A stretch of DNA of 63,081 bases, filler included, from Collodictyon triciliatum (Eukaryota): assembly GCA_043381765.1 (NCBI GenBank). It is 4 parts of 4 records of this genome, joined end to end, with 100 filler letters (N's around TTAATTAATTAA, not from the genome) between each part and the next. Parts side by side here need not be neighbours in the genome. Positions count along the whole stretch, not along the records: positions 17,304 to 43,244 come from JBHJMP010001029.1; positions 43,345 to 59,641 come from JBHJMP010001039.1; 2 more parts are not named here. The stretch is one strand, 5' to 3'. Below, one piece after another: positions 37,265 to 51,010 of the stretch (the first letter of the stretch is position 1; each line of letters begins with the position of its first letter). Below the pieces are notes generated by a model. It did not search any database. It was not told the origin of the DNA and saw nothing but the letters and a program-made list of their open reading frames with translations. The translations under genes and the position numbers were made by a program.

Positions 37265-40200
37265 TTAATCGCTGTTGCCTTCGTTTGGTGCCTCACCGCC
37301 ATTCTTTGCTTGCGCTTCGCCATTTGCATTTTTGGCATCTTGAATAAAGTAAGCATCCCCTTCAACTATGTCATTTTTCTGGATTTGATCCGTATCATTC
37401 TCTCTATCATCCCCATTTTCTTTGATTGTCGTAACGTGATTTGAAGATGACGCGGGCAAAGGTGATGCAGAGGCTTCCAGGTCAGCTTCAAACACAACCT
37501 CAATTTCGATGGCCCCAGATTCCATATCAACTCGCGTAGCCTACAACCGCAGTTTTCGGACTATTTAGTGCATATCCTTGGAATTTCGATACGTTTTAGA
37601 TTATTTTTTTTTTTGTTGATTGCTCTATATCACAGACTTGCAATTAATAAGATACCCATAATTGTCTTCATTTCAGAAAATAATAATGATGGTAACATGC
37701 TTTGGTCTCCATACATATTTCGAATGTTGTTTGCGTATATCCGTTATATACAACTTCTTTACGAGAGATAATCAGGGTGTGCGAGTAAAGAAAAATGCAT
37801 ACGTTTTCGTTTTGCTCTGTTTCGGTCTGGTGGCAAGTATCTTCAATCGCACTCTTTTCATTCTCATCAAGAAGTCTCTCTTCGATTTCAGACGGTACAG
37901 CCAAGTTCATAGACATCATATAAGCCTGCAATTTTTGAAGTTTTGTCTCCAGTTCATGTATCCTTGCATCTTTGTCTAAAACCATTTCCTCCAACTGGAT
38001 GACATCTGTAATCCCATCTTCTAGACTGCGATAGATATTCATGAGTCAATCTCTTGATTAATTACTTAGAGTAATTCTGTCATATACAGATGATGAGTCT
38101 GGTACGAATGATATCTTCTTTTTCTTTTTTTTTTCCTGGTTGAGAAATCCTTTTATAACCTGGTTTCATTATCAGCAGATTCCTCCACATTCGAAGTGCG
38201 GTCATTAGTTGAAGACTTCTTTGCCATCTGGTACATTCTGGCCTCGGCAAGCATCTGTTTCCGACTGTCACAAAAATGAATAGGAGTGGATATGGTGTAT
38301 ATTACATACGAGGTCAAAATGCCAAAATTAAACAATAAATGGATGGGGATTTTAACGGCAGATATCACAGTTGGCGATGTAATCTTACTACTCAAACGAT
38401 TCATGGTCGTAAAACTCGGACGTATTGTGGCTTTCGAGAAAAGGTGCATGTGATGTCCATCGAAGATAGTATCCGGTCCACAGCGAGACAGCGATGGAAT
38501 GTGGGTTCGGCATCACTGCGGGCAAGTCCACAATGTCGGGCGAAAACTCGAGTGGTCCGGTGAATTTGTGATTCAAATACATTTTCTAATTGTGACCAAG
38601 AGCATCAATCACGCAAGAACACAGAAAATAAAAGAAAATTGCGCACAAATTTACGACCGAGAAAAGGGCTCGAAAAGAAGGGTAAAAAAAAAAAAGTTCA
38701 TTTACTGTATCCTATTTTTTCATGTAAAACCGGTAAATTGGAGCTATGAATTATGCAATTCACAACTGGAGATGCCTCAGCTCCATTAAAACAAGAACAA
38801 AAAAATAATTATTTTTTTTTAAAAAAAAAAAAGGATTGTACCGCAACTACTCACTTTGTTTTGGCACAGGTAAGACCAGAGAGAGTTTGTTGTGGCTCTA
38901 ATATTGAAGGATAAGGATTCTTTTTCGCTGTTGCACAAGAAGGTACCGAAGCTGGCGAATCAATATATGAATTTTCTCGTCAATAAGTCAGTTAATCACA
39001 AGATCACATTAAAAAAAAATGGCATGCCTCTTCATTTCTCGTTATCATTTTAGCATTTCCTATTAGACCCATTTGTATGGCAATAGTGCACTCACCGACA
39101 TGAAAAGTGATGGTCGAGGATGTGAGCCAGCATTAGTTCATTAAACTGGAAGACATGCGGATATTGACGAGAGATTTGCCAAACGCAATCAATAAATTGC
39201 AGAAAGATGGGAGCTCTTTGGTCGTCCGAGTGCTTTCTGCGGTTGTGTGCGCATGAGAAATAATGTATGAGTAATCAAACGAACCGTTACAACTTCACCT
39301 AAAGTTTAGGGGCGGCATTATGAACATAAGCTATAACATGCAACTAAACATGATAAATATATAAAAATGTAAACTCGTCTCCGTGTCCGATTCGCTGAGT
39401 GAACTTGTGTCCAAAGCTGCACCATTCCTTCTCAATCAGAATCATAAAGCCCTCAATTGTGCGGTAGAACGGATCCATACACATCATGGCCAGCGAGCTT
39501 TGCTGTGCGGTTCTGATAAGAAGAGTGGTTCGATTTCCGGTGAGCCGCGATAATATATGGATGAGAAACAAAAATGAAATTAAAAGAATATTTCACATCC
39601 AACGTCATTCGAGTTGAAAAAATCTTACCCGTTTCATATATTTTAATATGGTTTTTTTAATAGAATAATAATAAAGACCTATCCCATCCATCACTGCAGT
39701 GTATCATTACAGAATCCCCCTCTGTGATATGTTTGATTAGCCGAACCGCGGCAATCAGAACAATTTTGATGTGGTTTAACCACTGCGTCTCATTCACTAT
39801 CTCGTACCAGTGTTGGGATGGGGGTGCATTAGAGTCTTGTCCACCTTTTTTTTTAAAAAAAAAAAAAAATCGGTAAGAAAAATGAGATGTCTTTATTTTC
39901 TTCCAAAAAATAAATTATGTGGTCTGTTAAACCATGTAGCCAAGATATGGATGGAGGAGTATAGCAAGAACTTTTGGTCTTTTTTAATGTATAAATGATG
40001 GCATATGTTGATTTTCTTCTTCGTAAATTGCCTTTATTGCCTTTATTGCCTTTATTGCTTCTTTATATATTATGTGTGTCATATTATTATATCAAAGTTA
40101 CTTGTATTTTGGTTGTAATGCAGATGACTTGTCTTGCTTCCATAGTTGAGACAAACCTATGTAATGTTAGGGAGATTAATTTTTTGGTTGGGGCATTAGA

Positions 40201-43105
40201 ACCCAATTCCAATATTAGGCACTCATTAAATAAGGCGGAAGTAAATGGACGAGTAAAAAAAAAATTATGAAAGCATCCATACGATTAAAAAATTCTTATT
40301 TCTAAATGAATATAGAGTTAACTATCATGTCTTCATCTCAATCTTTGTTAAGAATATGCAATAAAGGTAAATTTGACCTGTCTCAGTTTCGTCAAGGAGT
40401 CTCTCATAACGTGAATGTTTTCAATGCCCATAAATGAAAGTGAAATGTTTCGATAATTGCTTGTGTTTTCAAATCCAGCTCCTTTTACCTTTGTGCGTAC
40501 GATGGAAAAATAAAATAAAAGTAAGGATACTGCTTCTTATTTTTCTTTTGGAAAAATCAAGACTCATGCAAATCAACCTGATTGCCAAAGGCATTAGCTC
40601 GCGGTCGAGAATCCAGAATGTATAAGACTCTAGCTTTTGGATTGACCTTTTGAAGGGGATAGAAAAGTGGATAAATCCCTTTGGAAGTTTGGCATAAAAT
40701 ATGTTTGTGTGCACAATTAAGAACAACACATATTAGGTGATACTTCTAAATTATAGAAAGGAAGAGAAAAAAAAAGAAGGAAGGAGTAATATATCAAATA
40801 AAAAAAACCTGTGATATCGCCTCCACGAGCTTCTCATCTTCTCTACTTCTTTTTCCTGACATACCGACACGCGGCTGACTACATCTTGTGATACTGGCCT
40901 GATTTACAATTACACCAAAAAAATAAATAAATTGGTAAGCATGATTTCTGAGGTCAAGTGAAATCATTCACTGTGAACAATGGCATGTAAGGTAAAAAAT
41001 TAATAATAATTGAGTAATAAATTTTGAACTATATGATTATTTATATTTCAAATGGAAATAAAAAAACAGAATGTTTTTATCCTCGATGGATCACCTTAGT
41101 CCTTGGATGGATCCAACTCAAAGCAGGAATTCGCCCTCTGCTTCGAAACGCGGCAACAGCAACCAAATCTTCGTCTGTGACCATGGAAGGAACTCCAAGT
41201 AACTCAGGATATGTGTCACAAATCTACGACAAACCATATGACTTACTAAATGGATTCTTCTAGACAAAGATTTTTTACACGATAGGTAGTGGCCAATACG
41301 AGACATTCAGATGTTAAGCTTTTTTAAATAGATGCAAAAAAAATGAATACAACTGTAAGGAGGAAAATGTGAAAAGATAAAAACCCGATAGCTGCTGTTT
41401 ATAGTCGATATCCTCCAAGAGTCGGACGGAAGTCCTATGCGAGTGAATTCACGGACGGGGTTGTAAAGCTTCCAACCTTCGACATCCCATGGGACATTTG
41501 GTTTGTAATCAAAGGCAAAAAATCTCAAGTCACTGCTCATCGGAAACGCCCTAAAGAGAGATTACATCATCAATAAAATATATATATAAAGTATACGAAT
41601 CAAGTTAGTCTTTTAGTAATTCTGAGCAAACTCAAATAAAAAGCGTAGTCAGGAGATAAAAAAAAGAAGAAGAAGGGAGTGTTGTATTGGTTCGCTTAAA
41701 TACCATTGTGAGATTTTAATGAAGGCTTCTCGTCTTGAATTTGTGTCACTTGAGAAAAGGAACCGCAAATCTCGAAAATCTTTGCATATAATGTCCATGG
41801 CGTAGATTAAGTGATGGTTGACCTTCCTAGCTCCAATCTGGTTTGTTGGAATGGAATATCGAATAGAAATAATGGTAAAATAAAATAAAAAAATGTTTGT
41901 ACTTTGTTGCGATGATGCATCAACAAGCTTCATTAATCATATCATAGAACATAGAGATGAAAATAAAAAAACATTAAAAATATCGAAAAACTAAAGGGCT
42001 TACCTTTTCTACTCGATTTATCATGCAAAGCGGAACAGTGGCAAAATCTGAGTCGATTTCAAGCATCTAATGTTTTTTTTTTTTTGGAGGATTGGAGTTG
42101 GTAAAATCCTCACGATTTATCATAGGCTTTATTTCTCTTTGAAATAGATGTAGAGCAAAGCAAAGCAAAAAGAAAAAAAGAAGAAAAAGAAAAAGAAAAA
42201 CCGCATTAATTGAATATCGTTATTGGCTGTGGCACAACGCACCGTGCGTGGGTCATTGGGATAGAATCCGAGTCGATATGTTGTCAAATAAATGTTCCCG
42301 TGAATGCAGACGCCTCGGATGTCATTCACAAAGTCTGCCGGGTAATAGCCCACAGCAACTTCGCCTTGATAGAGATCAATCTTTGAAAAGAATGTGTCCA
42401 ATTCCTGAAAACAAATATTTGATCGTTTAATATCGGACGTTTTATATCTCCTTTATTGTGGTTATTACCCATAAAAAAAAGTATAGTAAAGCGTTAAAAA
42501 ATAATGAAATATAGTAAATAATGAGACATTAAATAAAAACAATTGAAAGCAATAGGAGGGAAAGAAAAACATAATAAAATGGTAATAAAAGACAAAAAAA
42601 AAAAAGAACAACGGAATAAAAGCATAATAAAAGAAAGCGAAGGAAAAGAAAAACAGAATAAATTCATGCATAGAAATATAAGCATAAACATTAACATAAA
42701 GCAAGAGATGGCTACCTTCTTTGTGGTGGGTTCTGCAGAGCGCAGAGCAGGCTCAAAAGTCATCAAAGCTGACGAGGAAGTCACGGACACGGAAGCCCGA
42801 TCACGCGGCGAAAGAACTGCGGAATCCTTTGCCGCCGACTCTGCCGTTTGCGTGTGATTGGCCGATCCGCCCAGAAACGACGTGGTCGATGTTCGTGCGG
42901 ATTCAAAGACTCCGCGCCAAGTCGTTCGCGACGATCGATCCGCAGAGTCTGCGTTGGCTTCGGCGTTGCTTTGAAGCACAGAGTCGGCCGCTGAGACGCT
43001 CACAGGACGGGCGATTCGAGGCGGGGGCTGCGTTTGTGGGGCCGCGTTTGGCGCCGTTGGCAGCTCTGTTGCAGCCCGCGTGCGGCGTTTGATGTTGGAC
43101 TCCAT
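37265..43105 (-). CDS. Myotubularin-related phosphoinositide 3-phosphatase (PH-GRAM, phosphatase, coiled coil), catalytically intact
   Basis: GRAM motifs [11 protein letters not shown] and [67 protein letters not shown]; catalytic [11 protein letters not shown] split by an intron near 39677; [26 protein letters not shown]-terminal coiled coil at ~37880-38010. Confidence 0.93.
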
Positions 43106-43167
43106 CCTGTCAATAAAAAAGAAAACGTTTTTTTTGTTTTTTTTGTTTTTTGTTTTGTTTTTTTTTT

Positions 43168-43244
<77 letters not shown>

Positions 43245-43344
43245 NNNNNNNNNNNNNNNNNNNNNNNNNNNNNNNNNNNNNNNNNNNNTTAATTAATTAA
43301 NNNNNNNNNNNNNNNNNNNNNNNNNNNNNNNNNNNNNNNNNNNN
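43245..43344. other. Artificial contig-joining linker
   Basis: Same N44-TTAATTAATTAA-N44 spacer. Confidence 0.97.
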
Positions 43345-43730
43345 AAAAAAAAAAAAAAAAAAAACAAAAAAACAACAAAAAACCACCACACCCCCCCCCC
43401 CCCCCCCCCCTTTTTTTTTTTTTTCTTTCTGGAAGACTAAGGAAGTAGAGCTGCCACGCAGACTAAAACACCCTCCCCCTCGTCGCCCACAGACATCAAT
43501 CCAGAAGCCAACACCCACCCCGCCAAGTGGACCCAACCCCTCCCAGCCACATCCCGCACTTATCACCCACCCAAAGCCTGAGGCAGCACCTTCACCTTCA
43601 CCTTCCCCTTCAGCCTAGCCCAAAGTCAACGTACGGTACCTCACCTTCTTTACCTCGACCCTGCAAGCCCCCATCGCCAGCGCCCCAGGCACGCTCATCC
43701 TCTCCCCGCACTTCAGCCCCACCAAGCGGA

Positions 43731-46700
43731 ATGAGTGCCGCCTCCCGCAAGCTGCTTGTGCTGCTTGTGCTGCTGCTGCCCATCCTGTCGTACGAGACAG
43801 CCCACCCCGACGCACCCCTGCCGCTGGCGCCTCCCAGCGAGGGCTGCCGTGGCCCGGTGACGATTGCCGCAGGGCCACAGGTTGTGCTGGTGGGGTGCCC
43901 GACCGCACGCGTGGGCGCCCGGGATGAGGCCGGGAGCGTCCACGTGCTGAGCCGCAGCGGCGCAGCCTTCACCCTGGTTGATCGCCTGGCACCCCCGCTC
44001 CCCTCCGACACGGATGTGTCCGGCCCCGGCCCCGGCCTTGGCATTGGCTTCGGCGCCGCGCTTGTCCTGGACGGCACCGCCTCCGCCGTGGTGGGCTCGC
44101 GCAACGGCGCCGTGCACGTGGTCCCCCTGCCGCAGCCGGATTCGCACGTGCCGACGCCGCTGCCGCTGCCGCTGAGGACGCTTGTGGCGGCGACCGGCAG
44201 AGGTGCGCCGCAGCTGCACATGGCCGGACAGGTCCTGGTTGTGGCGCACCCCGGGCACGTGCGGTTCTTTGCCGTGGTGCAGGGTGCGTGGCAGCTGTGT
44301 GGCGAGCAGCGCGTGCCCGACTGGGTGACGCACGTGCACGCTGATGCAGCCGGGCCGGCAGCCACCGAGGGTGTGGCGACGCTCTCTGCAGCCACAGCCA
44401 CAACCACAACCGACAAGCAGGGTGCGCGCGTGGCGTCGCTCGTGCTGCGGTGGACGCTGCGGGGCGCCGTGGTGGACGTGGAGCGGCTGGGCCCCATGGA
44501 CGACGCGCCCGCCGCAGCCTTTGTGGTGGGGCCGCAGACGCTGGCCTTTGCCGGCCCCGACGCCGGGCTGCACCTCTACCGACTTGTCGACGGGCGCCAG
44601 CTGGTCTACGACACCGCCGTCGCCGACGCCCTGTCCGCCCCCGCGTCCCGCCTGCGCTCGCCCCTCCACCGCGGCCGCCTCCTCGCCGCCCCCTCCCACG
44701 TCGTCGCCCTCCGCACAGAGCCCCACACGGCCCCCGACGCCCCGGCCGACGCCTACGCCGACGTCCTCTGGCGCGCCGATCTCTTCTGCACCCGCCCCTC
44801 CGACCCTGCTGCCGCCCTCGCCTTCCTGGCCCCACCCGCCGACTCCTGCGATCCCTCTGCCCTCCAGTATGTCTCCGTCCCAGGTACGCATTCCACCAGG
44901 CGACATTTCCTCGGCCTTTTCTGTAACACTCGTCGCCTCTATTCCGGCCGAGAAACACTGTGCTCGAACCGTGCCAAAGTCCGGATGCAGATATTGCTAA
45001 TCAGGCCCTTCTCTCCTGTTTCTATCTTCTCCCCTATCTTCATTACTAGCCAACTGGTCTCCCAAGGACGACATTGAGTACGTTGTTCTCCACCTCCCTT
45101 GCCCCAAATACCATCATCTCCAAACTTACACTGCAAGTACACCTGGAACTCATGTGACCTTTCATCAATTGACATATGCACACCGCCATTAACACTCCGT
45201 TCCCTCCTCTCCCCCTCTCCCCCTCTCCCCCTCTCCCCCCCTCCGACTCACAGCATTAGGACTTTAGAGCTTGAACCCTGTGACGAGATAGCGCCGCCCG
45301 ATGATAAGTTGGATGACAGCTTTGACGTCACAGTTCCAATGAGAGAGGAAGAAGTAGATGATACTTTCGATAAAGAACCCGTTAAGATCGATATGGATGA
45401 ACCAAAACTTATCAAGCCATCCGAAACTGAATCTGTCGAGGCAACAGAGCCCGACATGGGAATGCCTGACTACGCCAAAGAAGATCATATCGCTAGACAT
45501 GTCGAGCTCCTTGGTGATGTCCAACCAAAGATGCCCCCACTTTCCAAGGACGATTCACTCAATCCCGACTCTCAATCTCTCTCTATGTCCGCCTCCATTG
45601 AAGCTTCAGAGTCTGTTTCAGAATCAGCTTCAGAGTCCTTGTCTGTGTCGGCTCCAGGTTCTGCCCTTGTTACAGAGCCTCTCTCGATGACAATGTCCCC
45701 CTCCCACGAGATTTCTTACACAAATCCTGCATCCCAATCGTCCACCGAGTCCTTCTCCGAGTCTCATTCAGAGTCCCAGTCGGAATCCCAGTCGGAATCT
45801 GCCTCTGAATCCCTCTCAGAGTCTGCCACAAAATACGTAGACTCTCAGAGCGAATCTCCGTTACCTTTTGTAACGCACTCCATGTCCGCCAAAGCAACAG
45901 AGCCCCCCTCACAATCCCAGTCCCAACCACGAAACTTCGACAGTTTCTCTAATGTTGCTTCTGCTCCCCAATCCATACACTCTTCTGTACCTGATGTATC
46001 CGGTACTAACACAGAATCTAGCAGCGAGTCTTACAACACATTGTCTCCGCATCCAACGTCCTCTGAGACAGAATCGAACTCGCTGCGCCAAACGATCTCC
46101 CAGGATAAGACCTCCAGCAAGAGCTCCTTGCGATCCCAGACGCTTGTCCCAGAAACTACGCTCTCACTTGGGCCTTCGACAATCGGCGTCTCTGAAACTC
46201 AGCTGCCTACGGACCTCATTAGTCCCTCTGCTATTCCATCCGACTTGGGCTCAAATATTCCAACAGAAAGTCACTCTGGACTGTTTTCTGACCTACCATC
46301 GGATATCCCAGTTACGAACATCCAAACTAACCTACCTTCAAAGTCCCATACCGCTACCTCAGTCGCTAGTGAGACAAGCTCAAACTCTGCTATCAGTACA
46401 GTAAGTCCCACGGAGGTGAAATCCATCACCCAGATTCAGTCTGCATCGCAGACAGAGTCAGAGTCTGAAGCCCACACTCAATCCCGTACTCCATCCCAGA
46501 CCCAGACACACACTCAGTCTCATACTAAATCCCACTCGGGAACCTCAATTGAAACAGAGTCACACCATAATACTGTTGAGACAACAGCAACCCCTCACAC
46601 TCAATCCATTCAACCGAGTACGCAGAGCATGTCTTTCTCTTCGACAATTCCTCCCACCGTAACGGCATCTTCATCTAGCACCGCAACCAATAGCGCAGCT

Positions 46701-47199
46701 GCCAGCTTCACGAAATCAGATGTTACATCGAATAGCCCCTCTATTTCAAACACCAATACAATTAGTAATCCACAATCAGACATCCCCAACCCTGAGTCGC
46801 ATAGCTACTCGAACATGAACTTTCAGACCCAAACTCAATCGAGATCTGAATCTGTCACAGTGACTGACGCCGAGCAAGGCTCACCTACCCAATCAGCCTC
46901 TGAATCGGCTGCCTCATCGAACGTCCCACAACACTCACAAACAAAATCAATGTCAGCCCAGCAATCCCCATCCCAGTCCAACTCTGATGCTTTCCAACAA
47001 TCCAAATCTCCTTCAAACACAGTAGCCCTGGACTGCCCTCCCGGTACGTACCCCAATGAGTGTCGGCAGTGTGGCCCAAAGAAACCTGCAGTTCCCATTG
47101 AATTTTCTGTCATCCCCAGTGACGCTGGATTTACACTCGGTAAACCATATGCCGATATGAGGAACTCCTGGTCATCTTTCCAAAACTTCACTGGAATCC
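43731..47199 (+). CDS. Secreted protein: signal peptide, FG-GAP-like beta-propeller and Ser/Thr/Gln-rich mucin stalk (probably the N-terminal part of the downstream REJ/GPS receptor)
   Basis: Signal peptide MSAASRKLLVLLVLLLPILS. FG-GAP-like segments VLVGCP..AGSVHVL and GFGAALVLDG..VVGSRNGAVHVV. A phase-2 intron (44867-45253) joins a ~600-codon S/T-rich exon ending CPPGTY.. near the gap. Confidence 0.65.
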
Positions 47200-47337
47200 N
47201 NNNNNNNNNNNNNNNNNNNNNNNNNNNNNNNNNNNNNNNNNNNNNNNNNNNNNNNNNNNNNNNNNNNNNNNNNNNNNNNNNNNNNNNNNNNNNNNNNNNN
47301 NNNNNNNNNNNNNNNNNNNNNNNNNNNNNNNNNNNNN
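47200..47337. other. Scaffold gap (N run without linker)
   Basis: 138 Ns. Confidence 0.95.
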
Positions 47338-50300
47338 CAGCGCATCTCCAAACCCCGAAAGAAATTCCCCCCTTAAACTAACCATACAGGCTGAAGTGAA
47401 TATGGTTAACACAGGAGGCATCAAGGCAGTCTTCGTTACTTATCCGATTTGATACGCCAACGCAAAGTTAACACAAGAACCAGCGCCCACCAATGATAAT
47501 CCGTTTACCCTGCCCCAGCCCGTCGCACCGAGAACCAGGGAGCAAGAGCAAATAACACAAGTCGAATTCAAGCTTGGAACTTCGCACACTAAAGGCAGTC
47601 CGAGCAAGCAGGAGCGTATGTTTCTAAAACCACAATCGTGTATCCATCCTTCGGTTAAGCGAGGTCCACTGCCGGCTACGCTTGGTCCCGAAACCAGGGG
47701 ACGGTCAAGCGCCACTTCCGTTAATACTAGGCAAATGACGATATATCGCTTTTTGTCAGAGTCCCCCAGCAAGAAACGCAGGGAAAGTGACCCGCTGTCC
47801 TATCGAAAGACTCATCCTGTGGAGTGGAATAGGATGTAAGAATTGTCTGATATAGACACTTGAAAGGACTTTTGGGAATCGATTTGAGAAAATACCGCCA
47901 GATGTACCCTTTCACCAACCCGACAACTATATCTATTTCATTACATTTTAGTGAAAGGCAAAATTTACATCTCTTCTGATTTGATTATGGTCATTTATTA
48001 TCAATCCCTTCAGGAAGTCGAGATTTTCAGATAAAAACCTATAAAAATAAAAAAATATTAAATACTTTAAAAAATCACTTCGTTTATTCTTACAAATGAC
48101 TATGCTTTGTGTGTTTTCCATCTAGGTAACCGAAAAGATGTAATTAAACAACCATTAAAAGTAAGCCATTAGTTATCACATTTGATCTATATATATATGT
48201 TTTCTTGTGTCTAAGTATTTAAATTATATAACACTGCGCGAGACGAAGGGGATACATTAATTAAATTCATTTTTTCTATAAATTAAAATTGTGCTTCGTA
48301 TTGAATTAGTCAAATGACGAGGCACACATGTTTTATTTAATTTTTATTTTATTGAACTATCTTTACTTTATAGCAAATGTCATTTTTTCAAAAGGGTTTT
48401 TTTACCGGATGTTTCAAAAATTTATTGTGGGTGACTCATTCTAATAATATGCGCATCGCTACGAGATTCACATTATTGACATAGCAAACGTTTGTCGCAA
48501 TTGCGTAAGAAAATCTTATTTTCCAAGAATAGACACATTCATTTCTATTTTAGCTCTAGACGAGAAGACAAGCGGGGACAAAAAATTCTCATTAAAATCA
48601 TTGATCAAATTATTTTTCATCTTTTAATAATTCTAGCTCGATAAATAAACATGATAAAATTTCGAGGAGTGACAGAATGACGCAAGGTAAGCGTTTTGGG
48701 AATACAGGGATTCCCAAAATCAGGGAACGAGGTCTTTTATCCATAGGCTCCTAGGGCTTGTGTGCAGTCAAATGCCCACACGCTCTAGTTCCAACTTCAT
48801 AAAACCATCACCTTTGAGAAACATAAAAAAAAATCGTAACATAACCACAAAATGAACAACCATAGCTGTCCTACCTTAAGAATATAGAGTCTCACCAAAG
48901 CTTCTGCAGAGAAGACTTTAATAGACATATCAATCACAAAGTTTTCTTCGAACTCAAGTCCTATAGACCTTTGTCTTAAACTAAAGCTAGAGACAGCCTC
49001 AATCAAGAATAAAAAAAAAAATACAATTCGTGAAGAAAATGATAATAAAAAGTAACTATTCTCACTTTCAACCTCAACACTTGAAAAATCGAATATTGCA
49101 CTATCGAAGGGTTCGGACCGTTCTTAAAAGAGACAGAGGTATTGATCTGCCCCAAATTAAGTTTAAATTATTAAATAAAAACTTAAAAAAAAAGAAAAGC
49201 GTTCGAGTGTTGGATGATAATGATTGCTTTAATATTTTATTCAAAAAGAATTCTTCAACAAAGGTATGATAGAATACATCTCAAAAGGACTGCTCGTGGT
49301 CCTTATTTTAGTGATACCTATATCAACCAACATACTGAGAGACCTTGACGTCGATCATCTGCCTTATTTACAATCTGCACCTTTTGGTCATGGATTACTC
49401 AAAAATCTTTTAAAAATGCCTAACGGGCACACGTTGGATACTCGAGGGCTATTCAATGTGTCTATTGAGGTATCAGGTGAGCCATGCGATATTATATTCT
49501 CTATCCAAAAAATGAATTTTCCTATATTTCCTGGATGTGAAATTTAGTCTGTGGTTTTGTGCGAAAGAAAAATTTTAGCCACTTATCTTAATTGGCGGCC
49601 ACGCTTCGATCTTTTCAGAAACAAAAGAGAAGATAAAAGCACCTTTGTTGTTAAGAATCACACCAGAAGAGGAACTATTCGTGCATTGGTTTTCTCTCGG
49701 TAAAAGAGTACAAAATTTGCGACCTCCTCTGGTAAGTGAAGTCAAGAATGTTCTTTTTTTCCTATTCAATCTATTTTATTTGTAAATAATTTGAGAAAAG
49801 GAGGCCAAAATTTAAAAAAATCTACCTATTGATCTTATCATATAACCTTATATGCCTTAATTTCTGAAAAATTGAAGCAGATCCAACCTACGGCCAAAAA
49901 TATAAGAAAAGTTGGCAAAATGGAAAAATTGTGGATGATTAAAGTTTATACTTCGGATCTTCAATCACAAGCACCAAGCTCGTATTTTGGCCATGATATT
50001 ATGCCCAAATTTTCCTTTACCCCAAAAATAAACTTTAAACAGCTCCAAAGAATTGGATCGACGGCTACTCTAGCAACTAGACATAGTATGTTGAATTATA
50101 TATGCTTTTCAGCCCATATATAAAACCCATCCAACTATTTTACACCCCCCTCAAGATCAACGTAAACGCAAAAAGCTTCAATAAATTCCTTTCATTGACT
50201 TTTTTACACTATATATAAATTAGACTGGAAAACTGCCCCTGGAAATAATACTAATTTTGTTGGCAAACAGGTAATTTTTTCCTTATATATTATTTTACAA

Positions 50301-50950
50301 TTTCATCATTTCGCCCCAAAATTTCCCTCTTTATTCAGTGTTAGGGTTTCTTCTCGAATCCTATTTCATAATTACATCATATACTATGTTTTAATTTAAT
50401 TACAATTAGCCTAGATCATATGATATTTATCCAATTTTCATGGGCATCGTTGTTTCAAGTAGGATTATATTAACTATTTCCTTTTGATTCTTTCATATTA
50501 ATATTTGGGTAATAGAAACATTTATTGGTGTTAATTTTTCTTATTTTTATATTTTAAAGGGAGCATTTTCGTTCCTCCAACGAAACATTTTTTTTTTACT
50601 GAAAATCAGATTATATTGATAAAAATGCCGTGCATCTTCTACACTTATAATAAATCTTAATTAACAGAATTACAGTCCACTGAGAGTACAATGCGGTTAG
50701 TATATTTTCTTGTCCATTTATAATTGTTAGTTGCGGAATAATAATTGTTGTCTTTACATATCTTAGACCATTTTATCTATCAAGTGGGATTATATGATCA
50801 CACCCCTTATTTTAATCTTTCTAGTTTTATATTTATGATTCTCAGAATCATATCGCAATCAATTTAGAACCAGAAAAAACAAATATGAATCCATATTACC
50901 TTGAATCATTTGAACAGTTTATCGAAAAATTACATCAACATAGTGAACCC
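47338..50950 (+). mobile_element. Heavily decayed Ty3/gypsy (chromovirus-like) pol fossil: PR-RT-RNaseH-IN-chromodomain
   Basis: Fragmented motifs in gypsy order: protease MVNTGG (D[ST]G with D>N) ~47402; RT YALCVF..RKD ~48100 and a YxDD-ILI relic followed by LSQLRKKILFSKNRHIHF ~48420-48545; RNaseH relics TFEK, INHK and IQFVKK..DN ~48800-49050; integrase zinc-finger-like GH..C ~49420-49570; chromodomain-like IKW and LEPEK..NP..LESFEQ ~50775-50920. Many stops and indels; no LTR recognised. Confidence 0.6.
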
Positions 50951-51010
50951 AAATATTGGTGAATCGACTTTCATTTTTGTGAATGACTAACATAAAATTC
51001 TTCTTGAAAG

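Noticed and set aside
40521-40530. U12-type donor-like GTATCCTTAC on the minus strand of myotubularin
   Set aside because: It sits inside an ordinary GT-AG intron whose flanking exons join in frame.
43610-45000. Long overlapping and antisense ORFs (also around 7300-8800)
   Set aside because: These are shadow ORFs expected from high GC and codon bias in the real exons.
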